The position numbers were made by a program, and so were the translations under genes. From the NCBI GenBank assembly GCA_964450885.1, contig CAYVFE010000001.1, positions 438,572-502,571 on the forward strand: DNA of 64,000 bases, given 5' to 3'. Position 1 is the first letter of the stretch. Each line of letters starts with the position of its first letter. This DNA comes from an uncultured Gammaproteobacteria bacterium. GTDB lineage: Bacteria > Patescibacteriota > Microgenomatia > Levybacterales > GWA1-39-11. Under the pieces are notes generated by a model, which made no database searches, was not told where the DNA came from, and worked only from the letters and a program-made list of their open reading frames with translations. Below are positions 21,992-32,106 of this stretch, in pieces.

Positions 21992-23103
21992 TGAAGGTAG
22001 GAATAGATGCGAGACTTTATTATGAGAGTGGTGTTGGCAGGTATATAAGAAATACATTATTTGAGCTGGATAAATATTGCTCTGAGAGCAAGACCGAAAA
22101 CAAATTCTATATTTTTCTTTCTAAAAAAGGTTTTGCCAGCGTTAATTTTAAAAGTGAAGCTCTAGTAAAGATAGAAGCAAATGTTCCATGGCATTCTTTA
22201 GGTGAGCAAATAGGCTTCGTAAAAATACTCAATCATTATGATCTGGATCTTATGCATTTTACTTATTTCTCTTTACCGATTTTTTACAAGAGAAAATTTA
22301 TTGTCACGATTCACGATTTAATAATCAATAAGCTGGATACGGGAAAAGCGACGACTCTGCCGAAGCCAATCTATAGATTGAAGAGGATCGCCTACCATAA
22401 AGTCATAAAGCATGCCATATTGAAATCTAAATTTATAATTAGCCCTTCGGAAAGCACGAAAAAAGAGATCTTGAATGCGTACAATATTGATGAATCAAAG
22501 ATAGTCGTAATCCCCGAAGGGATAGACCCCAATTTTTATCATAAAACCACAAAACCAAAAGAAAACGTGCCTAGCAAATTTATTCTATATGTAGGGAATG
22601 CTTATCCTCACAAAAATCTCGAGCGATTAGTGAAAGCATATGGAAATGTGCAAGATAAGATTGATGAGGATTTAGTTCTAGTCGGAAGAAGTGATTATTT
22701 TTACAAACGGCTCTACGGTAAAACACGAAACAACAAGAGGATTAAGATTTTTCATTCGATAAATGACAGTGAGCTTTCATATCTTTACGAAAAGGCTAGC
22801 TTTTTAGTTGCCCCCTCACTTATGGAAGGTTTTGGGCTAACCCCTTTGGAAGCAATGGGGCATGGGTGCTTGCCGGTGGTGTCTTCGATTGATGCATTTC
22901 GTCAAGTATGCGATAATGCTGCATTGTATTTTGATCCAGAGAGTGTGAGCGACATTTCGGCTGTTTTACAAAAGGCAGCGCAGCTGCATAAAGATAAAAA
23001 AAATGAATTAAAAGAGTTATTTAAAAAGAGGGTGAACTTTTTTTCCTGGAAAAAATCTTTTGAGAAAACATTGGAGACATATGAAAGTTGCTATAGTTTA
23101 TGA
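21991..23103 (+). CDS. Glycosyltransferase family 4
   Basis: GIDAR..SGVGRY, YVGNAYPHKN, EGFGLTPLEAM. Confidence 0.92.
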   Translation: MKVGIDARLYYESGVGRYIRNTLFELDKYCSESKTENKFYIFLSKKGFASVNFKSEALVKIEANVPWHSLGEQIGFVKILNHYDLDLMHFTYFSLPIFYKRKFIVTIHDLIINKLDTGKATTLPKPIYRLKRIAYHKVIKHAILKSKFIISPSESTKKEILNAYNIDESKIVVIPEGIDPNFYHKTTKPKENVPSKFILYVGNAYPHKNLERLVKAYGNVQDKIDEDLVLVGRSDYFYKRLYGKTRNNKRIKIFHSINDSELSYLYEKASFLVAPSLMEGFGLTPLEAMGHGCLPVVSSIDAFRQVCDNAALYFDPESVSDISAVLQKAAQLHKDKKNELKELFKKRVNFFSWKKSFEKTLETYESCYSL

Positions 23104-24169
23104 CAGGGTAAACAAATGGGGAGGAGCGGAGCGTGTTTTATTAGAGCTTCATAAGATGTTTCCGGAGGCGCCCCTCTACACCTCCCTATATTCCCCAAAA
23201 AGAGCTAAATGGGCATCGGTATTTAAGGTTAAGACTTCATTTTTACAAAAGATAAAATTTCTGCGTGACAAACACGAGCTCTTGGGAGTTTTCATGCCGA
23301 TTGCCTTCGAGTCATTCGACTTTAATAATTATGATCTTGTTATTTCTGTTACTAGTGAGGCAGCAAAAGGGGTAATCACATCTGCGAGAACAAAACACAT
23401 ATGCATTTGCCTTACTCCCACACGTTATTTATGGAGCGATTATGAGAAATATTTCCAAGGTTGGTTATTTAGAAAAATCTCGTACCCCGCCGTTTTTTAT
23501 CTAAGAACTTGGGAAAAAATTGCGGCAAAACGTCCGGATGTATTGATCGCAATCTCTTCAAGTATTCAGCAGAAGATAAAAAAGTACTATGGTATAGATA
23601 GTGTCGTTATTTATCCACCAGCAAGCAGCATCCTGGATACAAAAACAGTAGAAAAGCCCAAAGAAAAAGATTATTACCTAATCGTATCGCGTCTTGTCCC
23701 GTATAAGAATATAGACATTGCAGTAAAGGCAGCGACTAAACTCAATCTCCGACTTATTGTTGTGGGTAGGGGTGTTGAGAGAAAAAATCTGGAATCCATT
23801 TCTGGAGAATCAATAGAATTTATAGATTTTGTATCAGATGAGCAGTTGAGGGGATATCTAAAGGGGGCTACAGCTCTTATATACCCTTCAATCGAGGATT
23901 TTGGAATCGGAATGGTCGAGGCGCAAATTCATGGGATTCCCGTTATAGCACCAAATCAAGGAGCAGCCAAAGAGATAGTCGTGAATGGTAAAACAGGAGT
24001 GTTATTTAGAGATTTATCAGTTCACTCTCTTATCTCTGTATTGAAAAACTTCAAAAAGGACAAGTATAATGAAAAAGATTGTTATGATAATGGAATGAGA
24101 TTTTCTAATAAAATATTTAGGGAAAAATTATCCGAATATATAGAAAATGCTATAATTAACAATTCTTAA
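23081..24169 (+). CDS. Glycosyltransferase family 4 (WbaZ-like mannosyltransferase)
   Basis: MKVAIVYD..GGAERVL, SRLVPYK, EDFGIGMVEA; start moved to ATG 23081. Confidence 0.88.
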   Translation: MKVAIVYDRVNKWGGAERVLLELHKMFPEAPLYTSLYSPKRAKWASVFKVKTSFLQKIKFLRDKHELLGVFMPIAFESFDFNNYDLVISVTSEAAKGVITSARTKHICICLTPTRYLWSDYEKYFQGWLFRKISYPAVFYLRTWEKIAAKRPDVLIAISSSIQQKIKKYYGIDSVVIYPPASSILDTKTVEKPKEKDYYLIVSRLVPYKNIDIAVKAATKLNLRLIVVGRGVERKNLESISGESIEFIDFVSDEQLRGYLKGATALIYPSIEDFGIGMVEAQIHGIPVIAPNQGAAKEIVVNGKTGVLFRDLSVHSLISVLKNFKKDKYNEKDCYDNGMRFSNKIFREKLSEYIENAIINNS

Positions 24170-24172
24170 TTT

Positions 24173-25258
24173 ATGAAAGTCGTATTTTTTGCAGGAGGCG
24201 TAGGAACCAGGCTTTGGCCACTATCTAGGAAAGAAAAGCCTAAGCAGTTCGGACATATAGTAGGCGATAAAACCATGCTTCAGATCGTAGTCCAGAAGTT
24301 ATTTCCAGAATTCCGTTGGGAGGATCTCTATATCTCTACAGGTGAACAATATAAAAAAGTAGTCGTAGATCAGCTGCCCGAGATTCTAAATGAAAATATC
24401 ATAGTTGAGCCTGAAATGAGAGATGTGGGACCAGCAGTAGGGTATGTGACTGCGCATTTTGCTAAAAGAACTCCTTATGAACCGATTGCGCTACTTTGGG
24501 GTAGTGACCATTTGGTTAAGAACGAAGAGGTTTTTAGACAGGCATTGAAAGCGGGAGAGAGATTGATAGAAGAGGATCCAAACAAGATAGTATTTATTGG
24601 ACAAAAGCCCAGGTTCCCAAACCAAAATTTGGGGTATATCGAATATGGTGATGAGGTAAATAAGATTGGTGACTTTTCGATATTCTCATTTACCGGATTT
24701 AAATATAGACCAGATCCGGAGCTTGCGCAGAAATTTTTCGAAAGCGGTCAGCATGCATGGAATTTAGGATATTTCGTTACCACTCCACAATTTCTATGGA
24801 GTCAATTTGAAAAATTCTCACCGGAGTTATTCAAAGAGCTAAAAAAGATATATGATGCGATCGATACTCCTGACTATGAAAAAGTATCAAATGAGGTGTA
24901 TCCAAAACTCGAAAAGATCTCTTTTGATGATGCGATTTTGGAAAAAATGGATTTTTCTGATGCGCTCGTCATTTCATGTGATATTGGATGGAGTGATATT
25001 GGAGCTTGGGAGGCACTAAAAGAGGCACTTTCGGAGAGCATAGATGAAAATGTTACTAGAGGAAAGGTTATATTGAAGGATTCCAGAGATTCTCTCGCTT
25101 TTAACTATACTGATCAATTATTAGTGGGTATTGATATGGACGAGCTTCTGGTGGTAGCTACCGATGATGTTTTATTGATTTGTCCTAAAAATTCTGTCCC
25201 TAAAATCAAAAAACTTGTCGAGTCGTTGAAAGGAACCGAACACGAGAGTCTTACATAG
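24173..25258 (+). CDS. manC: Mannose-1-phosphate guanylyltransferase
   Basis: AGGVGTRLWPLSR..KPKQF, SDH, GYIE, WSDIGAW. Confidence 0.9.
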   Translation: MKVVFFAGGVGTRLWPLSRKEKPKQFGHIVGDKTMLQIVVQKLFPEFRWEDLYISTGEQYKKVVVDQLPEILNENIIVEPEMRDVGPAVGYVTAHFAKRTPYEPIALLWGSDHLVKNEEVFRQALKAGERLIEEDPNKIVFIGQKPRFPNQNLGYIEYGDEVNKIGDFSIFSFTGFKYRPDPELAQKFFESGQHAWNLGYFVTTPQFLWSQFEKFSPELFKELKKIYDAIDTPDYEKVSNEVYPKLEKISFDDAILEKMDFSDALVISCDIGWSDIGAWEALKEALSESIDENVTRGKVILKDSRDSLAFNYTDQLLVGIDMDELLVVATDDVLLICPKNSVPKIKKLVESLKGTEHESLT

Positions 25259-25296
25259 ACATGAATTTATTCACTTATTTTATCCAGATATAATAT

Positions 25297-25935
25297 ATGT
25301 TCTACGATATTTCAAAAAGATTTTTCGATGTGCTCTTATCCATAATTCTTTTGGTCCTTTTTTCACCGATTCTTTTAGTCACGGTTATTGCGATAAAGCT
25401 TAATTCCCCAGGACCAGTTCTGGCAGATACTCCCCAAAGGGTGGGTGAGAAGGGAACAAAATTTAGGATGTATAAATTCAGGTCTATGGTCCAAAATGCT
25501 CATGATATCTTAACTACAGATCCTAAGTACAAGCATTTATTTGAAGAATATAAAAAAAGCGGATACAAGTTGCGTAATGATCCAAGGATCACTAAAGTAG
25601 GGAGATTTATCAGAAAGTATTCAATCGATGAAATGCCACAATTTTTTAATGTTATAAAGGGGGATATGAGTATAGTGGGGCCAAGAGCTTATTATTATGA
25701 TGAGCTCAAAGATCAGCAGAAAAAATTCCCCCACACAAAAGATGCTGTAAAAGTGGTATTATCTGTAAAGCCTGGAATTACAGGTGTATGGCAAGTAACC
25801 GGTAGAAGTGATATCAAATTCGATACACGTATTCAGCTGGACGCTGATTATGCAATTAAGCGTTCCGTTATCTATGATTTTTATTTAATTTTACGTACTC
25901 CATTTGCAATGTTGTCAGGAAAAGGCGCATTATAA
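25297..25935 (+). CDS. Undecaprenyl-phosphate sugar-phosphate (priming) transferase
   Basis: KRFFDV, YKFRSM, DPRITKVGRFIRKYSIDEMPQ, KPGITGVWQV. Confidence 0.93.
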   Translation: MFYDISKRFFDVLLSIILLVLFSPILLVTVIAIKLNSPGPVLADTPQRVGEKGTKFRMYKFRSMVQNAHDILTTDPKYKHLFEEYKKSGYKLRNDPRITKVGRFIRKYSIDEMPQFFNVIKGDMSIVGPRAYYYDELKDQQKKFPHTKDAVKVVLSVKPGITGVWQVTGRSDIKFDTRIQLDADYAIKRSVIYDFYLILRTPFAMLSGKGAL

Positions 25936-25979
25936 TTATTTGCAAATAAAAAAAGTTTTATGGTTTAATATATAAGTTT

Positions 25980-27944
25980 ATGGACACGGAAGGGTTTAAA
26001 AAGATAGAATTAAATAGTGAGGTAAAAAAAGATAGGGTCATCCGCGAAGAAAGCAAAGATAATACTATGGGAAGAAAAAAGAGAAGACTTTCAATTTCAC
26101 TAAAGAGCCGCAAATCAAAAATAATCTTGGGGGTTATAGTTGTTTTGATTGGTCTTGCAATTTATACAACTTTTACTGCAGTGGGAGTTTATAATCAGGC
26201 ACGCATTACGGAGACAAAAGCAAGGCTTGCGATGGATGCGATTAAGCAGCAAAACATAGAGGAATTTAGGAAGAACCTTTCCGATACCCAAAAGGAAGTG
26301 AAGGTGCTGTCTTCTAGAGTAAAGGGGCTGGCGTATATAGGATTTATTCCATTTCTAGGAAGTTACTATCATGATCTAGATCACTTGGTTAAGGCTGCAG
26401 ATCATGGTATTGAAGCAGGTCTTATCACTTCGGACACTCTTATACCGTACGCAGATCTTCTGGGGCTTAAGGGAGAGGGTACTTTTGTGGGCGGTACCGC
26501 ACAGGATAGGATAAGACTTGCTGTTCAGTCTATGGGAAAGGTTGTTCCAGAGATCGACAGAATTGAGGAGCAGATTCTTATAGCAAAAGACGAAATAGAC
26601 GAAGTTGACCCTAACCGTTATCCGGAGATCGGAAAAATAAAAGAAATAAAAAGCTTGTTGACTCAGCTTAAAACTGGAATAGATGGAGCAGTTGTTGCTG
26701 TCGGTGAAGGTAAGCCTTTGATCAAAGCTTTGCCAGAACTTCTAGGCGAATCAGAACCGAAGCGATATTTGGTATTGTTCCAGAATGATGCTGAGCTGCG
26801 TGCGACTGGCGGATTTTTGACTTTCTATTCTATATTTAAGGTAGATGAGGGAGTTATAGAAGTTGAGGATTCATCAGATATATATGAGCTTGATGACAGT
26901 ATTCCAAATCATCCTGCAGCACCTCAAATCGTTCGGGATTATCTCGAGGTAAATAGGCTCTATATAAGAGACAGTAACCTTTCTCCTGATTATGTCGAAT
27001 CTATGGATGCTTTTATGGAGCAGTATGAAAATTCCAGCAAAGAGCAGGAGATAGATGGAATTATTGCTTTGGATACGAATGTGCTGGTTGGGGCTATAAG
27101 TATTTTGGGAGAAGTGAGTGCTTCTGGACTTACATTCACCGCAGAGCAAGATGAGAGATGTGATTGTCCTCAGGTCGTATACCTATTGGAAGACCAGATT
27201 TCCCGCCCAGTGAATTACATCAGAACTAATAGAAAAGGTCTTATCTCAGAGCTAATGCTTGCTCTTATGAACAAGGCACTGTCTTCATCTCCTGGGCAGT
27301 ATTGGGGTCCACTTTTTCAACAGTTTGTAGTTGATGCGCAGGAAAAGCACATTCTTTTCTATGTATTTAATGATGATGCCCAAAAAGGTCTAGATGCGTT
27401 GAATTGGTCAGGGAGGATTAGGGAATATGAGGGTGACTATATTCATGTTAACGATGTAAATTTGGGTGGTAATAAATCAAACCTTTTTATCACACAAAGT
27501 CTTAATATGGATTATATGATTTCAGATAGCGGCGAGATTAAGAAGAAGGTTACGATTGAGTATAGAAACTCCCGGGAGCATTCGGATTGTAACCTGGAAC
27601 GCGGGGGACTTTGTCTAAATGCCCAAACAAGAGATTTTCAAAGGGTTTACGTTCCCAAAGGATCAGTTCTTGATGATGTAAAGGGTTCGGAAATAAAGAC
27701 CACCACAAAAGAAGAGCTTGGGAAATCATACTTTGAATCATTTTTGACGATAAATCCTTTAGGTAAGGCAGAGATCGTATATGATTACACTTTGCCATTT
27801 AGGCTAAGTGATAATTCCGTGCTGCCTGTTCTTATCCAAAAGCAGCCCGGAGTAGAGTCGGTAAGCGTAAGCATAAGCGTAAATGGAGAGAAAGTTGATG
27901 AGTTTGAGTTAAGATCCGATAGAGAGCTAGAGCTTAATATCTAA
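25980..27944 (+). CDS. DUF4012 domain membrane-anchored extracellular protein
   Basis: N-terminal TM; YLVLFQNDAELRATGGF, RDSNLSPD, NLGGNKSN, IQKQPG. Confidence 0.85.
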   Translation: MDTEGFKKIELNSEVKKDRVIREESKDNTMGRKKRRLSISLKSRKSKIILGVIVVLIGLAIYTTFTAVGVYNQARITETKARLAMDAIKQQNIEEFRKNLSDTQKEVKVLSSRVKGLAYIGFIPFLGSYYHDLDHLVKAADHGIEAGLITSDTLIPYADLLGLKGEGTFVGGTAQDRIRLAVQSMGKVVPEIDRIEEQILIAKDEIDEVDPNRYPEIGKIKEIKSLLTQLKTGIDGAVVAVGEGKPLIKALPELLGESEPKRYLVLFQNDAELRATGGFLTFYSIFKVDEGVIEVEDSSDIYELDDSIPNHPAAPQIVRDYLEVNRLYIRDSNLSPDYVESMDAFMEQYENSSKEQEIDGIIALDTNVLVGAISILGEVSASGLTFTAEQDERCDCPQVVYLLEDQISRPVNYIRTNRKGLISELMLALMNKALSSSPGQYWGPLFQQFVVDAQEKHILFYVFNDDAQKGLDALNWSGRIREYEGDYIHVNDVNLGGNKSNLFITQSLNMDYMISDSGEIKKKVTIEYRNSREHSDCNLERGGLCLNAQTRDFQRVYVPKGSVLDDVKGSEIKTTTKEELGKSYFESFLTINPLGKAEIVYDYTLPFRLSDNSVLPVLIQKQPGVESVSVSISVNGEKVDEFELRSDRELELNI

Positions 27945-27945
27945 T

Positions 27946-28470
27946 ATGCAGTTTATTTCCGATCAAGGATTTATAATACGCAGAAGAAATTTTGGTGAAG
28001 CAGACAGGATAATAACTATTTTTTCAAAGAATAATGGGAAAATTACAGTAACCGCAAAAGGTGTACGTAAGATCACGAGCCGTAGGGGCGCACTCCTAGA
28101 ACCCCTCAATCATATAAAATTCCATACTGTGCAGTCATATTCCCGAAAAATTTTAACAGAGGTTGAGCTAATAAGCTCGTTTGATGCCGACAAGGCAAGC
28201 TCAGATAATTATCAGAAGGTATTTGTCGCATGTGAGCTTTTAGATACGCTTTGTGGTGAAGATTTGCCGTTAGGATCATTGTACGACAAGATTGCCGATT
28301 TTGTTTATTCCAAAAGCGAAAAGAATTCCTTAGTAGATTTTAAGATGGACCTTTTGATTAATCTAGGTTATTGGGAGCAGGATAAGAAATTTATCAGTGA
28401 GGATGACTCTTATAGATATATAGAAAGCATAATCGAAAAAAAGTTAAAATCACGGACAATTATCTTCTAG
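27946..28470 (+). CDS. recO: DNA repair protein RecO (short form)
   Basis: GEADRIITIFSKNNGKI..AKGVRKITSRR..LEP. Confidence 0.88.
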   Translation: MQFISDQGFIIRRRNFGEADRIITIFSKNNGKITVTAKGVRKITSRRGALLEPLNHIKFHTVQSYSRKILTEVELISSFDADKASSDNYQKVFVACELLDTLCGEDLPLGSLYDKIADFVYSKSEKNSLVDFKMDLLINLGYWEQDKKFISEDDSYRYIESIIEKKLKSRTIIF

Positions 28471-28512
28471 GCAGTTTCGAGTGAGGTTAAATTCTGATAT
28501 ACTACGGATTAA

Positions 28513-29898
28513 ATGAGCAATACTCCTATTACAATGCAAAAGGTTACGGCGCTTGCTAAAAGGCGCGGTTTTATTTATCCCGGTTCGGAGATCTATGGGG
28601 GACTTGCTAATACTTATGATTATGGTCCTGTCGGAATTGAGCTTTTGAGAAATATTAAAAATCTGTGGTGGGATAATTTTATACATCGCCGCGATGATAT
28701 AGTGGGTCTTGAGGCGAGTCTTATATCTCATCAGGAAATCTGGAAGGCGTCGGGCCATACATCCGGTTTTGCAGATGCTTTAGTTGATTGTAAAAATTGT
28801 AAGCTCAGAATGCGTGCAGACCATCTCATAGAGGATAGTTTGGACGGTAAAAATGTAGAGGGCATGTCAAATGACGAGCTAGACGAAATAATTTCAGAGA
28901 ATAAGTTAAAGTGTCCGAACTGTGGTAAAAGTGATTGGACCAAAGTTCGTAAGTTCAACCTTTTATTTCCGGTAAATCTAGGTATAGTAGAGGGTGATCA
29001 GGGTCTTGCTTATCTTCGAGGTGAAACAGCGCAAGGTATGTTCGTGAACTTTAAAAATGTTATAGAATCCACCCGCGTAAGACTCCCTTTTGGTATTGCT
29101 CAGCTGGGAAAAAGCTTCCGAAATGAAATAACACCGGGAAATTCAGTATTTAGGACTCTCGAATTCGAGCAAGGGGAAATAGAATATTTTTTTAACCCCG
29201 AAGAGTCTGATTGGGAAAAATTATTTGCTGATTGGAAAGAATCTATTTGGAACTTTATTACAAAAAAAATAGGGATTAACGAAAAAAATCTTAGATGGCG
29301 TGAGCATAACGAAAAGGAGCGCTCGTTCTATAGTAAAAAAACTGAGGATCTCGAGTACAAATTTCCATTTGGTTTTAAGGAGCTATGGGGGCTTGCATAT
29401 AGGACTGATTACGATTTGTCTTCTCATGAAAAGGGATCAGGAAAAGAATTGAGGCTGGTCGATCCAAAGGACAATAAAAAGATCCTGCCTCATGTTATCG
29501 AGCCTGCTGTTGGAATAAACAGGATATTTCTTATGGTGCTTTGCGATGCGTATCGTGAAGAAGAAGGAAGAGTTTATCTATCCCTTAATCCAAAGCTTGC
29601 CCCATATAAAGCAGCGGTATTTCCGCTACTTGCGAATAAACCAGAACTGGTTGACAAGGCAAAGAAAATCTATGAAGACTTAAGGGAGGATTTTCTCGTT
29701 GCGTTTGACGACAGAGGAAATATAGGAAAGAGATACCTTTATCAGGATGAAATAGGAACCCCCTTTTGTATAACTGTTGATTTTGACTCGCTAGACGACG
29801 AAAGCGTAACGATAAGGCACAGAGATACTACAAAACAAGAAAGAGTCAAAATCTCTGAGTTAAGCAGCTATATCAAGTCAAATCTAAATCTTTCATAA
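28513..29898 (+). CDS. glyQS: Glycine--tRNA ligase, alpha2 type
   Basis: KRRGF..SEIYGG, YLRGETAQG, FRNEITP, DEIGTPFC. Confidence 0.96.
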   Translation: MSNTPITMQKVTALAKRRGFIYPGSEIYGGLANTYDYGPVGIELLRNIKNLWWDNFIHRRDDIVGLEASLISHQEIWKASGHTSGFADALVDCKNCKLRMRADHLIEDSLDGKNVEGMSNDELDEIISENKLKCPNCGKSDWTKVRKFNLLFPVNLGIVEGDQGLAYLRGETAQGMFVNFKNVIESTRVRLPFGIAQLGKSFRNEITPGNSVFRTLEFEQGEIEYFFNPEESDWEKLFADWKESIWNFITKKIGINEKNLRWREHNEKERSFYSKKTEDLEYKFPFGFKELWGLAYRTDYDLSSHEKGSGKELRLVDPKDNKKILPHVIEPAVGINRIFLMVLCDAYREEEGRVYLSLNPKLAPYKAAVFPLLANKPELVDKAKKIYEDLREDFLVAFDDRGNIGKRYLYQDEIGTPFCITVDFDSLDDESVTIRHRDTTKQERVKISELSSYIKSNLNLS

Positions 29899-29900
29899 TA

Positions 29901-29930
29901 TTGACATATTTTTCCTAAGTCTAGTAGAAT
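29901..29930 (+). promoter_or_regulatory. Sigma70-like promoter
   Basis: TTGACA (29901-29906), N18, TAGAAT (29925-29930), 9 nt before ATG 29940. Confidence 0.6.
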
Positions 29931-29939
29931 TAAAAAGGT

Positions 29940-30416
29940 ATGAATAAGAAAGTCTTAATAATCAGTGGTATAGTCCTTTTGGTATTGGTTGTTTTGGGAG
30001 GCGTGCTTTTGTTTGTTAATAATAATGCTTCAGATCCAGAGGATTCCCCAAATCCATTTAATGAAAATCTGATTGAAATGTCTGCGGAGGATGTTGGACT
30101 TACTCTTTCGAGTCAGCAAAATAATCAGCAGATTGTGATGGAAATTACAAAGCTTGATGAGGTAGATTCTTTTGAATACGAATTATCCTATGATGCAGTC
30201 GAGAATGGCGAAGTCGTATCTAGAGGAACATTCGGATCTGGGCCAAATCCGGATGAGAAGGGGAGCTCGATAATCAAAAGGGTTATGGACCTGGGAACCT
30301 GTTCGGCAGGTAAGTGTAAGTACGACAAAGGTGTAGGCGAGGTTGTTTTGTCTCTGAGGATCAACCTCAAGAATGGCGAAGTAGGTATAATAGAAGAAGT
30401 TTTTGTAATTGAGTAA
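29940..30416 (+). CDS. Hypothetical membrane-anchored protein
   Basis: N-terminal TM; LGTCSAGKCKYD motif. Confidence 0.75.
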   Translation: MNKKVLIISGIVLLVLVVLGGVLLFVNNNASDPEDSPNPFNENLIEMSAEDVGLTLSSQQNNQQIVMEITKLDEVDSFEYELSYDAVENGEVVSRGTFGSGPNPDEKGSSIIKRVMDLGTCSAGKCKYDKGVGEVVLSLRINLKNGEVGIIEEVFVIE

Positions 30417-30464
30417 TCTCCATATTTAGCGTTTTCTTTTCCGTAAAAATAGTATATGTAGTAG

Positions 30465-30519
30465 TTGACTTTTCACGGTTTCTTGTTCAAAATGGTGAAA
30501 GGTGGTGAAAAGTGGTGAA
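30465..30519 (+). promoter_or_regulatory. dcw promoter with three MraZ-box direct repeats
   Basis: TTGACT-N17-CAAAAT; TGGTGAA at 30493, 30503 and 30513 (10-bp period) directly before mraZ. Confidence 0.75.
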
Positions 30520-30520
30520 T

Positions 30521-30952
30521 ATGTTAGGGCAGCATGAAGGATCGGTTGGAGAAAAAGGAAGGATAGCCCTGCCAAAAAAAGTCAGACAAGAATTAGGGGA
30601 GAAAATAATAATTACATACGGATTTGAGCATTCATTAATAATAGTGTCACAACAGAATTGGGAGAGACTGGTAAATGAGCTAAAGGACTCATCACTTTTT
30701 GCGAGTAATGCACGCGATACAAAAAGATTTCTTTTTGGAGGCGCTGTGTCACTCGAGCTTGATAAGCAAGGGAGGTTTATCCTTCCCGATTATCTGAGAA
30801 AGTATGCTCAAATAGGCGAGGAAGTAGTATTTTTGGGATTGTCATCTTACGCAGAACTTTGGGACAAGAAAAGATGGAGTACACATTCTGGAGCACTAGA
30901 GAAAGAAATAGAAAATATTGCCGAGTCGCTAATTAAAAAAATTGAAGAGTAA
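30521..30952 (+). CDS. mraZ: Transcriptional regulator MraZ
   Basis: EKGRIALP, LDKQGRFILP, ELWD; ATG 30521 preferred over GTG 30512. Confidence 0.93.
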   Translation: MLGQHEGSVGEKGRIALPKKVRQELGEKIIITYGFEHSLIIVSQQNWERLVNELKDSSLFASNARDTKRFLFGGAVSLELDKQGRFILPDYLRKYAQIGEEVVFLGLSSYAELWDKKRWSTHSGALEKEIENIAESLIKKIEE

Positions 30953-31817
30953 TAATAGTTACCACACAACAGTTCTTTTACAAGAAGCAGTTAACGCCTT
31001 GCAGATAAAAAAAGCTGGGAAGTATATCGACGGGACTTTTGGAGGAGGAGGACATAGTGAGGAGATACTCAAGAGAGGAGGAGTTGTTTTAGGAATAGAC
31101 CAAGATATCGATGCCATAGAGCAATCACAGCAAGTATCGAAGAATAATTTAAAAATCGTAAAAGGTAATTTTAAAAATATAAAGGAGATTGCATCGGAGA
31201 ACGACTTTGACCCGTGTTCAGGAATTTTGCTTGATTTAGGTACATCAGTGCACCAGATAAAAGAATCTCAAAGAGGATTTAGTTTTACAGGACATTTTAG
31301 GCTGGATATGAGAATGGATCTGGATGGGAGTTTGAAGGCTGAGGAGATAATTAATAAATGGTCAAAGAATGATCTAGCGGAAATCTTTGAGAAGTTCGGG
31401 GAAGAGAGTGATGCAAGGATAATTGCTGAGGAAATCTCAAATGCAAGAAAGAGTAAGGAGATTATGTTCGCAGATGAACTTTCTAATCTGGTTTTAAAAG
31501 TGAAGAAAAATAAGCAGCCAGGTATTCATCCAGCGACTAAAGTCTTTCAGGCATTGAGAATTGTAGTGAATGATGAGATGAATGCCCTGAAAGACGTAAT
31601 CGAACAGGGAGCGTTACTGCTTGAGGAGAATGGGCGCTTTGTCATAATAAGTTTTCATTCGTTAGAGGATAGGATAGTTAAGCAGAAATTTATAGAACTT
31701 GAAAATAAAGGTTTGGGTAGAATAGTCAATAAAAAGCCAATTAGAGCGGGGGATGAGGAGATTAGGATGAATAAAAAATCGAGAAGCGCAAAGATGCGTA
31801 TATTTGAAAAGAAATAA
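30942..31817 (+). CDS. rsmH: 16S rRNA m4C1402 methyltransferase
   Basis: HTTVLL, DGTFGGGGHS, RGFSF, HPATKVFQALRI, SFHSLEDR. Confidence 0.95.
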   Translation: MKSNNSYHTTVLLQEAVNALQIKKAGKYIDGTFGGGGHSEEILKRGGVVLGIDQDIDAIEQSQQVSKNNLKIVKGNFKNIKEIASENDFDPCSGILLDLGTSVHQIKESQRGFSFTGHFRLDMRMDLDGSLKAEEIINKWSKNDLAEIFEKFGEESDARIIAEEISNARKSKEIMFADELSNLVLKVKKNKQPGIHPATKVFQALRIVVNDEMNALKDVIEQGALLLEENGRFVIISFHSLEDRIVKQKFIELENKGLGRIVNKKPIRAGDEEIRMNKKSRSAKMRIFEKK

Positions 31818-31818
31818 C

Positions 31819-32106
31819 ATGAAAAAGGTATATTTATTAGCATTATTATTATTCGTCATTGTTGCAGTTGGTCAGATTGTCTATCTAGCGCAGTCTAACT
31901 TGCTAGCATCAGAGAGCGTGAGGGCAGAAGAGATAAAAAGCGTGATTGAAAAAATCGAAGAGGACAACAAGATACTGGAATCGGAGATTCTTTCATATTC
32001 CTCATTAGTTGTTGTTGCTTCACGAGCAGCGGAAGTGGGTTTTGAAAAACCAAAGGAATATATTACACTAAAGAACACTAACTCGATTGCCCTAAAGCAT
32101 GAATGA
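31819..32106 (+). CDS. ftsL: Probable cell division protein FtsL
   Basis: TM plus coiled coil, located between rsmH and the PBP gene. Confidence 0.65.
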   Translation: MKKVYLLALLLFVIVAVGQIVYLAQSNLLASESVRAEEIKSVIEKIEEDNKILESEILSYSSLVVVASRAAEVGFEKPKEYITLKNTNSIALKHE

